The notes under the pieces were generated by a model that worked only from the letters and a program-made list of their open reading frames with translations, had not been told where the DNA came from and did not search any database. Below, in pieces: positions 11,824-23,586 of a stretch of 64,000 nt of DNA. Position 1 is the first letter of the stretch. Each line of letters begins with the position of its first letter. Position numbers and translations under genes: made by a program. The stretch covers positions 107,136,001 through 107,200,000 of the forward strand of contig NC_135890.1 of the NCBI RefSeq assembly GCF_964194155.1, in the 5' to 3' direction. This DNA is from Cetorhinus maximus. Its lineage: Eukaryota.

Positions 11824-12048
11824 CTGACAATCTTTGCCGGAAGCACAAGTCCAGGTGAATCAGAAGAAATTTGAGCTGCACAATGGGGAGAGATTCACTT
11901 CCCTGCACAGTTTGTTTTCTCTGTGTTTCTCCACACCGGCTCTCCAATCTAGTATAAGGGAATGAAATTCTGTGTGTTTCTTGCTCCGTCTCTTCTGTGT
12001 TTCCCACCGTTAAACAAGTGAGTGAGTGTCTGGCTCCCTCCTCAGTCC

Positions 12049-12303
12049 TTTTATTATTATTGCTGGTTTCTGAACGTCACAGCCTTGTTGCCCTCTAATT
12101 GCTTTGAACAAACAAGTGAGACCAGAGCTGGTTTCATTTCCCAAAGCCTCCCCTCAGAGTCTGGGAAATAACCTGACAGGAGCAGCAGGAATGCACCTTG
12201 CTACAGGTAACAGGTACTGAATTCCGAGTTATCTCAGTTTCAGATTCCTATCTGGTGCCACAGTCATAAACAACAAGAACAGAATCAGCTGAGCGGTGAG
12301 TCA
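12049..12303 (-). promoter_or_regulatory. ISG15-B1 promoter: TATA-like box, ISRE-like sites, AP-1 motif
   Basis: AATAAAA 12055-12049; GGTTTCATTTCCC 12130-12142, positionally homologous to the proximal A ISRE; AGTTTCAGATTCC 12236-12248 (degenerate); TGAGTCA 12297-12303. Confidence 0.65.
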
Positions 12304-12419
12304 GAGGCCTCACTGCCTGTTTGAAGCTGTGGGCAGGGCTTGAACAATACAATGTATAAAGATATAGTGCATCAGACCAGTCAGTTTAATTATCTAATGA
12401 AAAGAAATTGGCCTCAAAT

Positions 12420-14785
12420 TGCAGGGGTCCTGCTCCACGAGTACAAGTCAAATTTGTGGAATGTCTACAAGATGGCTTTTTGGAGCAGCTTGTGGTGGAG
12501 CCCACGAGGGGACAGGCAATTCTAGATTTAGTGATGTGTAATGAGGCAGATTTGATAAGGGTGCTTAAGGTGAAGGAGCCCTTAGGAGGAAGTGACAATA
12601 ATATGATAGAATTTACCTTGCAATATGAGAGGAAAAAGCTGGAATCAGATGTAACGGTATTACAGTTGAATAAAGGCAACTACAGAGGCATGAGGGAGGA
12701 GCTGGCCAGAATTATCTGGGAGATGAGCCTAGCAGGAATGACAGTGGAACAGCAATGGCAGGAGTTTCTGGGAGACACATCAAAAATTCATCCCTTGGAA
12801 GAAGAAGTATACTAAAGGGAGCACGAAGCAACCATGGCTGACAAGGGAAGTCAGGGACAGCATAAAAGCGAAAGAGAAAGCATACAATGCAGCAAAGAGC
12901 AGTGGGAAACCAGGGGATTGGGAAGCCTACAAAGACCTACAGAGGACAACTAAAAAAGAAATAAGGAGGGAGAAGATTAAATATGAGTGTAAACTGGCCA
13001 GTAATATAAAAGAAGATTGCAAGAGTTTTTTTTAGATAAATAAAGGTTAAGAGAGAGGCAAAAGTGGACATTGGGCCACTGGAAAATGATGCTGGAGAAG
13101 TAGTAGTGGGGAACAAAGAAATGGCGGAGGAACTGAATAGGTACTTTGCGTCAGTCTTCGCGGTGGAAGACACGAGTAACATCCCAAACGTTCAAGAGGG
13201 TCGGGGGACAGAGGTGAGTATGGTGGCCATTACCAAGGAGAAGGTGCTAGGAAAACTGAAAGGTCTGAAGGTGGATAAATCACCTGGGCCAGATGGATTA
13301 CACCCCAGAGTTCTGAAGGAGATAGCTGAAGAGATAGTGGAGGCGTTAGTGGTGATCTTTCAGGAATCACTGGAGTCAGGGAGGGTCCCAGAGGACTGGA
13401 AAATCGCTAATGTAACCACCCTGTTTAAGAAGGGAGTGAGGCAAAAGACGGGAAATTACAGGCCGATTAGCCTGACCTCGGTCATTGGTAAGATTTTAGA
13501 GTCCATTATTAAGGATGAGATTTCAGAATACTTGGAAGTGCATGGTAAAATAGGGCAAAGTCAGCATGGTTTCATGAAGGGGATGTCATGCCTGACAAAT
13601 CTGTTCCAGAAGGCCTTTGAAAAGGTGCCGCACAGGAGGCTGCTCAGTAAGATAAGAGGCCATGGTGTTAGAGGCAAGGTACTAGCATGGATAGAAGATT
13701 GGCTGTCTAGCAGGAGGCAGAGAGTGGTGATAAGGGGATTCTTCTCAGGATGGCGGCCGGTGACCAGTGGAGTTCCGCAGGGGTCAGTGTTGGGCCCACA
13801 ACTTTTCACTTTATACTTTAATGATCTTGATGAAGGAACTGAGGGCATCCTGGCTAAGTTTGCAGATGATACAAAGATAGGTGGAGGGACAGGTGGTATT
13901 GAGGAGGCGGGGAGGCTGCAGAAGGATTTGGACAGGTTAGGAGAATGGGCAAGGAAGTGGCAGATGGAATACAACGTGGGCAAGTGTGAGGGCATGCACT
14001 TTGGTAGGAAGAATAGAAGTATAGACTATTTTCTAATTGGGGAGAGAATTCAGAATTCTGGAGTGCAAAGGGATTTGGGAGTCCTAGTCCAGGATTCTCT
14101 TAAGATTAACTTGCAGGTTGAGTAAGTAGTTAGGAAGACAAATGCAATGTTGGCATTTATTTCGAGAGGACTAGAATATAAAAGCAGGGATGTGCTGCTG
14201 AGGCTTCATAAGGCTCTGCTCAGACCACATTTCGAATATTGTGAGCAATTTTGGGCCCCGAATCTCAGGAAGGATGTTCTGGCCCTGGAGAGGGTCCAGA
14301 GGAAGTTCAGGAGCATGATCCCAGGAATGAAAGGCTTAACATATGAGGAACGTTTGAGGGCTCTGGGTCTATACTCAATGGAGTTTGGAAGGATGAGGGG
14401 GGATCTGATTGAAACTTACAAAATACTTGAAGGCCTGGATACAGTGGACATGGGGAAGATGTTTCCATTAGTCGGAGAGACTAGGACCCGAGGGCACAGC
14501 CTCAGAGTAAAGGGAGGACCTTTTGGAAAAGAGATGAGGAGAAACTTCTTTAGCCAGAGAGTGGTGACTCTATGGAATTCATTGCTACAGAAGGCTGTGG
14601 AGGCCAGGTCAGTGCGTGTACTTAAAACTGAGAGAGATAGGTTCTTGATTGGTAAGGGGATCAAAGGTTATGGATAGTAGGCGGGAGAATGGGGTTGAGA
14701 ATCTTATCAGCCATGATTGAATGGTGCAGCAGACTCGATGGGCCGAATGGCCTAATTTCTGCTCCTATGTCTTATAGTCTCATGC
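12420..14785 (+). mobile_element. CR1 LINE ORF2, 5'-truncated, disabled
   Basis: KSPGPDG, NYRPISLTS, GVPQGSVLGP and FADDTK RT motifs; frameshifts, stops and an in-frame deletion (SCLTNL|FQKAF); tail cctatgtcttatagtct. Confidence 0.92.
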
Positions 14786-15360
14786 TGTTAGGTAGAGGAA
14801 AACCCCTTTCCCTTTCCAATCACAAGGCCAAGGGGTTAATGTCACTTCGATGTCATGGTGGATGCTCAGAAACTGTAAGAGTGCTTTAGTGGACAGATCC
14901 ATCCTAATCTTTGCTTTGTTTATAACATCTGAAATCCCTCTGTGACTATTCTCACATGATCCTTTTTGCTTCTACTGTGGACTCGAGCTTCTATGCCTCC
15001 CGTGTTCCTTTGCTGCCCCAGGTAAGAAGTACAAGGTTTGTGACATGTAAACCATCTCCACCAATCAATACATTTTGATTGTCTTTTTCTAAAAGAAAAC
15101 TTAATACTTTGTCAAATCCCACGTGTGCACACCCCGGTTGAATTACAATTCATCCTCAGACCCTTCCTCTAGCATCGACATGGTGCATCCTGTGTGACTT
15201 CAGCCAAGTTAGAGACAGGCTGTCCAGATCAGTGTTGGAAATTTTTGTCCAGCTTTGCCTTAACACATCCTCCAGCTGAACACCACTCCACTACTCGTGT
15301 TTTGATGGAGGTTCCAACCTGTATTTTACCCTCTCCTCCTCCAACAATGGAAACAGCAGC

Positions 15361-15463
15361 AGAGCCATATCACAGCCGTAATACAGCCATGCCACAGCCA
15401 TATCACGGCAATATCGGAGCCATGTCACAGCCGTACCACTGTCATATCACAGCCATATCACAG
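15361..15463 (+). repeat. Degenerate 11-bp minisatellite (agccatatcac)n, continuing at 17107-17145
   Basis: About nine imperfect units, split by the LINE insertion. Confidence 0.8.
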
Positions 15464-17106
15464 TGATACCTCCACCGGATGTTCCCAGCATCACTGATAC
15501 CAGTCTTCAGCCAATTGAATTCACTCCACGTGATATCGAGAAATGGCTGAAGGCACTGGACACTGCACAGAGTACGGGCTCTGATAATATCCTGACAATA
15601 GTAATGAAGACTTATGCTCTAGGACTTGCTGTGCCCCTATCCAAGCTGTTCCAATGCAGCTACAACAGTGGCATCCACCCGGCAATGTGGAAAATTGCCC
15701 AGGTATGTCCTATAAACAAAATACAGGTCAAAACCAACTGGGCATATGACCGCCCCACCAGTCTACTCTTGATCATCAGCAAAGTGATGGAATGGGTCAT
15801 CAACAGTGCTATCATGTGGCACTTGATTAGCAATAACCTGCTCACTGACACCCAGTTTGGGTTTGGCCAGAGTCAGTCAGCTCCTGACATCATTACAGCC
15901 TTGGGTCAAACGTGGACAAAAGGATTGAAGAGAAGAGATGAGGTGAGACTCACTGCCCTTGACATCAGGGAAGCATTTGATTGAGTGTGGCATCAAGGAC
16001 CCTTAGCAAAACTGGAGTCAATGGGAATCAGGGGGAAAGCCCTCTGTTGGTTAGAATCATACCTAGCACAAAGGAAGATGGTTGTGGTTATTGGAGGTCA
16101 ATCATCTCAATTCCAGTACATCACTGCAGGAGTTTCTCAGGGTAGTTCCTAGGCCCAACCATCTTCAGCTGCTTTATCAATGACCTTCCTTCCATCATAA
16201 GGTCAGGCGTGGGGATGTTCGCTGACGATTTCACAATGTTCAACACCACTCGTGATTCCTCAGATACAGAAGCAGTCCATGTCCAAACGCAGCAAGACCT
16301 GGACTATATTCAGGGTTGGACTGACAAGTGCAAGTAACATTCACACCACACAAATGCCAGGAAATGACCAACACTAACAGGAGAAAAAGTAACCATCGCC
16401 CCTTGACATTCAATGGCATTATCATCGCTGAATCCCCAACTATCAATATCCTGGGGGTTACCATTGACCAGAAACTGAACTGGATTAGTCATATCAATAC
16501 TGTGGCTATAAGAGCAGGTCAGGGGCTAGGAATTTTGTGGAGAGTAACTCGCTTCCTGACTCCGCAAAGCCTGTCCACCATCTACAAGGCACAAACCGGG
16601 AGTGTGATGGAATGCTAATCACATGCCTGGATGAGTGCAGCTCCAACAACACTCAAGAAGCTTTACGCCATCCAGGACAAAGCAGCCAGCTTGATTGGCA
16701 CTCCATCCACAAATATTCACTCCCTCCACCACTGACGCACAGTGGCAGCAGTGTGTACCACATAGAAGATGCACTGCAGGAACTCACCAAGCCTCCTTAC
16801 ACAACACCTTCCAAACTCATGACCAATACCATCTAGCAGCAGAAACATATCAAGAGCACCACCTGGATGTTCCGCTCCAAGCCACTCACTATCCAGACTT
16901 GGTCATATATCGCTGTTCCTTCACTATTGGTGGCTCAAAATCCTGGAACTCCTTCCCTAACAGCACTGTGGGTGTAACTACACCACATGGATTTCAGCAG
17001 TTCAAGAAGGCAGCTCACCACCACCTTCTCTAGGACAATTAGGGATGGGCAATAAATGCTGGACTATCCAGCAACACCCATATCCCATAAGTGATAAAAA
17101 GAAAAC
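15464..17106 (+). mobile_element. Second CR1/L2-group LINE family, 5'-truncated, with apparent 16-bp TSD
   Basis: RT motifs (MWKIAQVCP, ALDIREAFD, MFADD) and an A-rich 3' end; flanked by cacagccatatcacag at 15448-15463 and 17107-17122. Confidence 0.85.
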
Positions 17107-17508
17107 CACAGCCATATCACAGCCACACCACAGCCGTATCACAGGCAGACCACATTGCCAGCACCGACAGCCATGAAGGCAAATTGGAGTTATAGTTCTT
17201 TAAAGTACACTGTTGGGCTCCTCACTGTAACATAATCTTTAGCTCCTCTTGTTTACAACTACGATCACCATCAGGTCCACATGGGATATGTTTGGTCCAG
17301 AAGATGGGAGTCTCCTTCGCTTGGTCCGTTGTCCGTCTAGGGATGGTGGGGTCTGATACACACTTTGCCTAAGGGACTACCCTTTTTGCTGACTCTGCTG
17401 GGACATCAACCCCCTAAGGAATATATAGTTTCCTGGATGGAATTTACCTTGCCATTTGGACCGACATAACTGGATATAATTATCAGGTGGGCTCATCAGC
17501 ATTATTCT

Positions 17509-17745
17509 TACTAAGATAAAAGCAAAATACTGCGCATGCTGGAACCTGAAAGAAAACCAAAAACTGCTGGAGAAACTCAGCAGGTCAGACAGCATCTGTG
17601 GAGAGAAAAAGCCAACGTTTCGAGTCCAAATGGCTCTTCATCTTCAGTTCTGAAGAAGAGTCATCTGGATTCGAAACGTTGGCCCTTTCTCTCCACTGAT
17701 GCTGTCAGACCTGTTGAGGTTTTCCTGCAGTTTTGGTTTTTGTAT
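17509..17745. mobile_element. Palindromic Penelope-type terminal-repeat insertion with 9-bp direct repeats (equivalents 38896-39132, 60276-60512)
   Basis: ~90-nt inverted arms centred near 17645; cattattct at 17500-17508 and 17746-17754; CTGAAGA...GAAACGTT core. The family assignment is from recognition, not a search. Confidence 0.6.
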
Positions 17746-18529
17746 CATTATTCTAACGTTGTCTCCTGGGTTGTTTACTCACACATTTTTCTATTCACCA
17801 CTCTCCCCAATTTGTCTCAAAGTGACAAATGAGGAATGTCTAAGGGCAGAGTAGTTTCAGACTCTGACATAAGTATTTTCCATTGAAACTCTCTGATTAA
17901 ACATACTGCATTTCCTTCCTTCATTCATCATACTTATTGCCTTCGTTCCAACTGTTTGGATAGCCACCTTTAATCGCTCCATGGTTTTTCCACACGTGTA
18001 CCCTCCCTGACTCCCCAGGAATCACTTGGGGTTTGTTAAATGCGATATCGTGGTCACTAAAGTTGGACCAATCAAAGAAATCGCTTTTCTAACCTGGATT
18101 GCCAAAATACACTGGTTGAACTCTTCCAGAATATGGATGGCTATTAACAGGTGGCTGATCTTTAATGTTTGGGCCCATATCTTCGACTGACCGTCAATCC
18201 AGATTTTTCTGTAAAATAAAACAAAATACACCAACTTCTGCGGGTGAAACTTTTCTTTTGGACACAGGTGAGTAGTTAAGGGTTAACAAAATTGCCTTTC
18301 TCTTCTGTGGCCTCTATTAACCCTATCAATTCTGCATAGGAGTGAATCAGCTGAACCCTCTCCCTTTGAGCACTGCCTTTGTAACGCATACCTCTGCTGG
18401 CATTTAGCCTTCCTGGGCAGGGCTGGCTCCCAGATTCAACTCCTCCTCCAGCATCCCCTCGGAGGTGGTACTTCTGGATCTCATTATTGGGTCTGTGGGC
18501 CTGATGCTGGCTGCTTTTCCTTTCTGCAA

Positions 18530-18960
18530 ATGTTCCCCCTTAAATAGTTTCACCTGATTAATATGAAACCATGTATCCCACTTTGTAATTTGGACAGCAT
18601 ACACCATTGGGCTGGCTTTATCCACAATGCTGTATGGCCCCTTGTATACAGATTCAAACAGACCAACTCTTGCATCATTTCATGCCTTAACTTGCTGACC
18701 TATATCCCACTCTTGTGGTTTGGCTTTTTGTAGGAGCAATTTATTAACACAATGCCCCTCCCTATGTTGCTTGCAGCCTAATTGTGGAGGCCTTGCAAGG
18801 CCACATAAGATCAACTGGTTCAATATAATTAATATAATTAAATTGTGGAAATTATGGGCCGGTGATCTGGGCTGGTGTGATTCTTCAATATTGTCCATAG
18901 GTGTCTCATTCATAGCTGATTGTCCCATCACCACTTGTTAGGGTAAATGATCATAACCTG
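18530..18960 (-). mobile_element. LTR-retroelement integrase C-terminal fragment with GPY/F motif (equivalents ~39920-40350, ~61300-61730; partial copy ~9175-9340)
   Basis: Minus-strand translation WDIGQQVKA*NDARVGLFESVYKGPYSIVDKASPMVYAVQITKWDTWFHINQVK, preceded by P*QVVMGQ..ETPMD. Confidence 0.7.
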
Positions 18961-19481
18961 ACTTTAAATATGCATCCCGGATGTAATGCAAGGAAAGCCA
19001 CAGACAATTCAGACGGATAGAAACACACATTCCAATTTAAAATAAAGTTTTACTTTCAAATCACATCGAATATTTTGGCAGAAACAACATACAGGCCTGA
19101 TATCCTTTGCTCTTGTAAAACACTAAGCACCCAGAATAAAGCATTCCAATGTTAAACACTTACAATTCTCCAAGAACACTTTAAGGCCAAAAGGAATTAC
19201 CTGTAAAAGTTATTTTAAAATGAAGAAGGCAGGCAATCATTGTTGATCTTTATATGGGGAATATTTGGCATGTCCCCTCCTATACAGTGAAACATTTTTG
19301 GAATTGCCCCATCAGCCATCTTATGGTCCCTGTGAGTCAGGAGGTGAATTAGTACCGAATGAGAGATGAGCTTGGAGCTGTGTACTCATTAGGATCTCAA
19401 CCAATATTAGTTTCACTCTTCAGAAGAATCTTTAAGGTTAACAGAACATGCTTTTGACCAATGATCAACCAGGGTTGATGT
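18960..19481 (-). pseudogene. Orphan distal 3'UTR of a lost B-type ISG15 paralog (equivalents ~40350-40870, ~61730-62250)
   Basis: 18800-19481 aligns with 9175-9865 (gene B distal 3'UTR plus downstream flank), but no Ubl coding exon follows. Confidence 0.7.
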
Positions 19482-20203
19482 AAAATGGTTCTGTACATCC
19501 TGGCACCGGCAACAAGAGAATCCCAGTGACCCAGTGCACTGGGACTTTTGAAGATGATGATAATTTCCTGCTTCTGCCCCTTCTCATCACCCCCATCCTA
19601 CTATCTGGCACGAAATGCAAACTGCAGATGGTGTAACCATGGACCTCTTGCTTCCCACCCTTGCCCCTTCTTCACCTAACCTTCCACTTCTGATTTTGTG
19701 ATTTCTGATACCCTAGAACTGCCCACTTACACAGGCACAGCAGCCCAAGGAGCAAGAGAGAGAGCAGCAGCCACAGCACTGATGAAGAGGTTCTATCCAC
19801 TTAACTTGGTGCTCAGATACTGCCACTGTGCGCACCTTTTAGAGGCCACTACAGATTTAGATCAGCTTGTGGTGACTCACCAGGTATGAGTGGCCTGCAA
19901 ACAGGCCAGGGGCAAAGGATGGTTTGTTTGTCAGCTTACTGGAGGGTGAGGTCACAGACAAGTGTTACTGCAGTGGACTTGGTGAGGATCTCGATGGGAC
20001 AGCATACAGGAGAATACTAAGGGGCATGCACACTGAGGTACTTGGTACATTGGCTGGTCTGGAGCAGGAGCACAGCCTTCCTATCACTGTCAGGGAACAT
20101 GGAGGGGTCTGACACCAAGTTGGCATAGTTTATGGTGCAAAGCTTGCCCTATCCGCAGCCACTACTCCATCTCTATCTCACGTTGCAGACCCAGGGGCAC
20201 TGG

Positions 20204-21975
20204 CACAGAATCACAGAATTATTACGGTGTAGAAGGAGGCCATTTGGCCCATCGTGTCTGCACCGGCTCTCTGAGCATTTTAACTTAGTGCCAATCTCCT
20301 GCCTTTTCCCTGTAACCCTGCACGTTGTTTCTATTTAAATAATCATCCAATGCCCTCTTGAATGACTTAATCGAACCTGCCTCACCACTCTTCCAGGCAG
20401 TGCATTTACTGCGTGAAGAAGTTTATTCTCACCTCACATGTGCTTCTTTTGCAAATCACTTTAAAACTGTGCCCTCTGGTTCTCGATCCGTTAAGAAGAG
20501 GGAACAGTTTCTCCCCATCTACTCTGTCCAGTCCCCTCATGATTTTGAAAATATCTATCAAATCTCGTCTCAGCCTTCTCCTCTCTAAGGAAAACAGTCC
20601 GAACTTCTCCATTCTTTCCTCATAACTGAAGTGTCTCATCCCTGGAACCATTCCCGGTGCCTTATCAATTTTAAGTACCGACAGCTTATCCAATATCTCC
20701 TCCTGATCAATTTTAAACCCTTCTTGTGACTGGGTTTCCTTCTCTGTCACTATGGCCTGGGCAACATCTGCCTCGTAGGTAAAGACAGATACAAAGTACT
20801 CATTTAACAGCTCAGCCATGCCTCTTCCCTCGATCTGTAAATGCCCTTTTTGATCCCTCAGTGGCCCTACTCCTCCTTTTACCACCCTTTTACTCTTGGT
20901 GTGTTTATAGAATACTTAGGGATTTCCTTTTAGTTAGCTGCCAGTCTTTTTTCATAATCCCTCTTTGCTTCTCATATTTGCTTTTTCACATCCCTTCTGA
21001 ACCTTCTGTATTCAGCTTGGTTCTCAGTTGTATTTGCTACCCGATACCTGTCGTAAGCACACTTTTTCTTCTTTAACTTAATTTCTATTTCCTTTGTCAT
21101 CCAGAGAGCTCTGGAATTGTTTGTCCTACCTTTCCATTTTGAGGGAACATGCCTTGACTGTGCACAAACCATCTCCTCTTTGAAGGTAGCCCATTGTTCA
21201 GCTCCTGTTTTTCCCACCAACCTTTGGTTCCAGTCCATCTGGTCCAGCTCTGTTCTTGCCCCATTGAAGTCCGTTCTCTGTCAGTTGATTATTCTTACTC
21301 TGGTTTGACCAATGTCATTTTCCACCGTCATCCTAAACCTTATGATACAATGATCACTGTTCCTTAAATGTTCCCCCACTGTCACTTGATCTACTTGGCC
21401 CACCTCATTCCCAAGAACGAGGTCTAGCAGTGCCTCCTTTCTTGTTGGACTGGACACTTACTGCTGTAGGAAATTCTCCTGAACACAACCTAGGAACGCT
21501 TGTCTCTCACTGTCCCTTTCACTACCACTATCCCAGTCTATATACGGGTAACTAAAGTCCCCCGTTATAACTACTCTACAATGTTTACACCTCTCTGTAA
21601 TTTCCTTGCAGATTTGTTCCTCTATATCCTTCCCACTAGCTGGTGGTCTGTATATTACTCCGAGCAATGTAATTGCACCTTTCTTATTCCTTAGCTCTAG
21701 CCAAATCAATTCCGTCCTTGATCCCTCTGACACATCCTCTTTCTCCAGTACTTCATAGTCTCCTTAACCAAAAATCCTCCTCCTTTGTTCTCTTTCCTAT
21801 CTTTTCTGAACACCTTCTAATCAGGAATATTTAACACCCAGATCTGCCCTTTCTTAAGTCAGGTCTCCATTATCGCCACAACATCATAATCCCACAAGAC
21901 AAGCGTTGCTGTAAATCCCTAATTTTATTAATTATGTGCCATGCATTCACATATGTGCAGTGTAACCCTGATTTA
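20204..21975 (-). mobile_element. CR1-type LINE: endonuclease to 3' tail, RT domain deleted
   Basis: APE motifs; KIDKAPG joined directly to MVPGMRHFSYEER; 3' end with (cacagaat)2 tail at 20204. Confidence 0.85.
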
Positions 21976-23586
21976 GTCTCCATTGCTTGCTCCTTTAATC
22001 TGACACCATCTATTAATTTAGTATTCTCTTTGTCTTTTCTTAATTTTATTAACATGGAGAAAGGGTAATCCTTTCATTTGTAAATTTAAACAGTATTTGC
22101 CATAACTGGCACTGCTGTCCCCATACTTGTTGCAGCCTTTGTGTGGACAGGGCACCAAATCCTCCGTCTTCCCTGTCAGAATACAACAATACTCTGGAAA
22201 ATCCAAGAATCCCAGAAACACTCCAGAGTACCTTCAAGACACTTTACAAATGCAGAAGTTCCTCATGTTAGCTTACCTGCAACTTGGGTGTTTGGCCCTT
22301 CAAAGAATGCGAGTGCTAGACCCATCTTGTACGTCTGCACCTGATGTTTGCAGGCTGCTGTATGAATCTGTTGTCTGGGCCTGAGTGAACCAAATTCAAT
22401 ATCCCTGGTGTCACATCAGTAGTTGGACTGGGTGACAACAGGACAGCGTCGATTCACAGCTCACATGTAGGGGAAACCCTGGGTGTGCTCTTTTACGAAT
22501 GGAACTCCGTACAGGAAGCAGCCGCAGCCAAATGGTATATGGCATGACTAAAATGAATTCTATGCTCTTTGTGTTTGAAGTCCCTTGATTAGGCTCCTTG
22601 ACATTGTCAGCAGCTGCCTCAATGCACTGAGGCTAATCTCAATCTGGTCCCTAATGAGTCCTCAGTGTATCAATCAGAGTTATTTCCTTAAAACTCTTGG
22701 TTCGGTTAAATCAAAGGAAAATGGTTTCAGATTTTGATCCCTGATGTAACATACATAGATTCACGGACAATTCACATTTACAAATTTTCACAAGGCAGAA
22801 ACAACACAACAGCATTTAGATTTGTATCCAAAGAAACAACTTTATTTTCAAGTAACGTTGCACATTTCAATAAAATGAACAGCCCGGGCACATAAATTCT
22901 GTTATTACAAAAGACTAAGCACACTGACTAAAGCACTTATATATTGGACATCGACATCTACTCACATAAAGTAAGGCTAAAGGAATACTTGCAGAACATT
23001 TAGCATCATTGTGCATTATATACAGTTATTTTGGGTAAATTTCAGTGCATCACAAAAAGCGTCCCATTTCTCCATTTCTCATACCAACCACCTTGTGCCA
23101 CACCCGAGTGGGAATAGAACCGAAAAGAATAATCCTCATGCTGTGAGCGCACGTGCATCAGGTTAACACTGACACTCACACAACCTATTTCATAGAGGAT
23201 ATCCACAGACAGCAGGCTTGAGGGAGGTTGGGCCTAATCTGAATTTAGGTCCCAAAGGAAATTGCTTAGTAATCTTTGGCCTCATGTATAAAATAAAAAT
23301 ATGTTTCCATTCCTTCTTTGAAGGATACCCTCTGCTGCTTTGTCTGACACATTCCGTGTGGGCTATGAGTGCAGGCAGTGGCCTGCTTCGTAGACAGACA
23401 CTAATATGTGCATGAACACCCCACTGTTATGAACAAGACAATCGAAGAGTGACAGTCAAAGTATCATTTACTTACTAACCGCGATGCTTAAACTCATAGA
23501 AATTGCATCAGTGGGAAAAAAACCAAGATTTTTATCGTAGTTTTTGTGTGATATCTAACACTCATTCCATGTTGGTGCTGTCTTAG

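Larger units (their letters stand above)
1..21374. repeat. Tandem segmental duplication unit 1 (~21.4 kb; phase arbitrary)
   Basis: The sequence at 1 (cccactgtcacttgatctac) recurs at 21375 and 42765, and nearly all ORFs in the track recur at offsets of ~21.37-21.39 kb. Confidence 0.97.

Noticed and set aside
15194-15466. 90-aa ORF with a repetitive QPYH C-terminus
   Set aside because: Translation of the 11-bp minisatellite.
19490-20200. Possible exons in the block replacing the lost paralog's CDS
   Set aside because: The ORFs are short and differ in frame between units. It is probably an unclassified repeat and cannot be assigned without a search.
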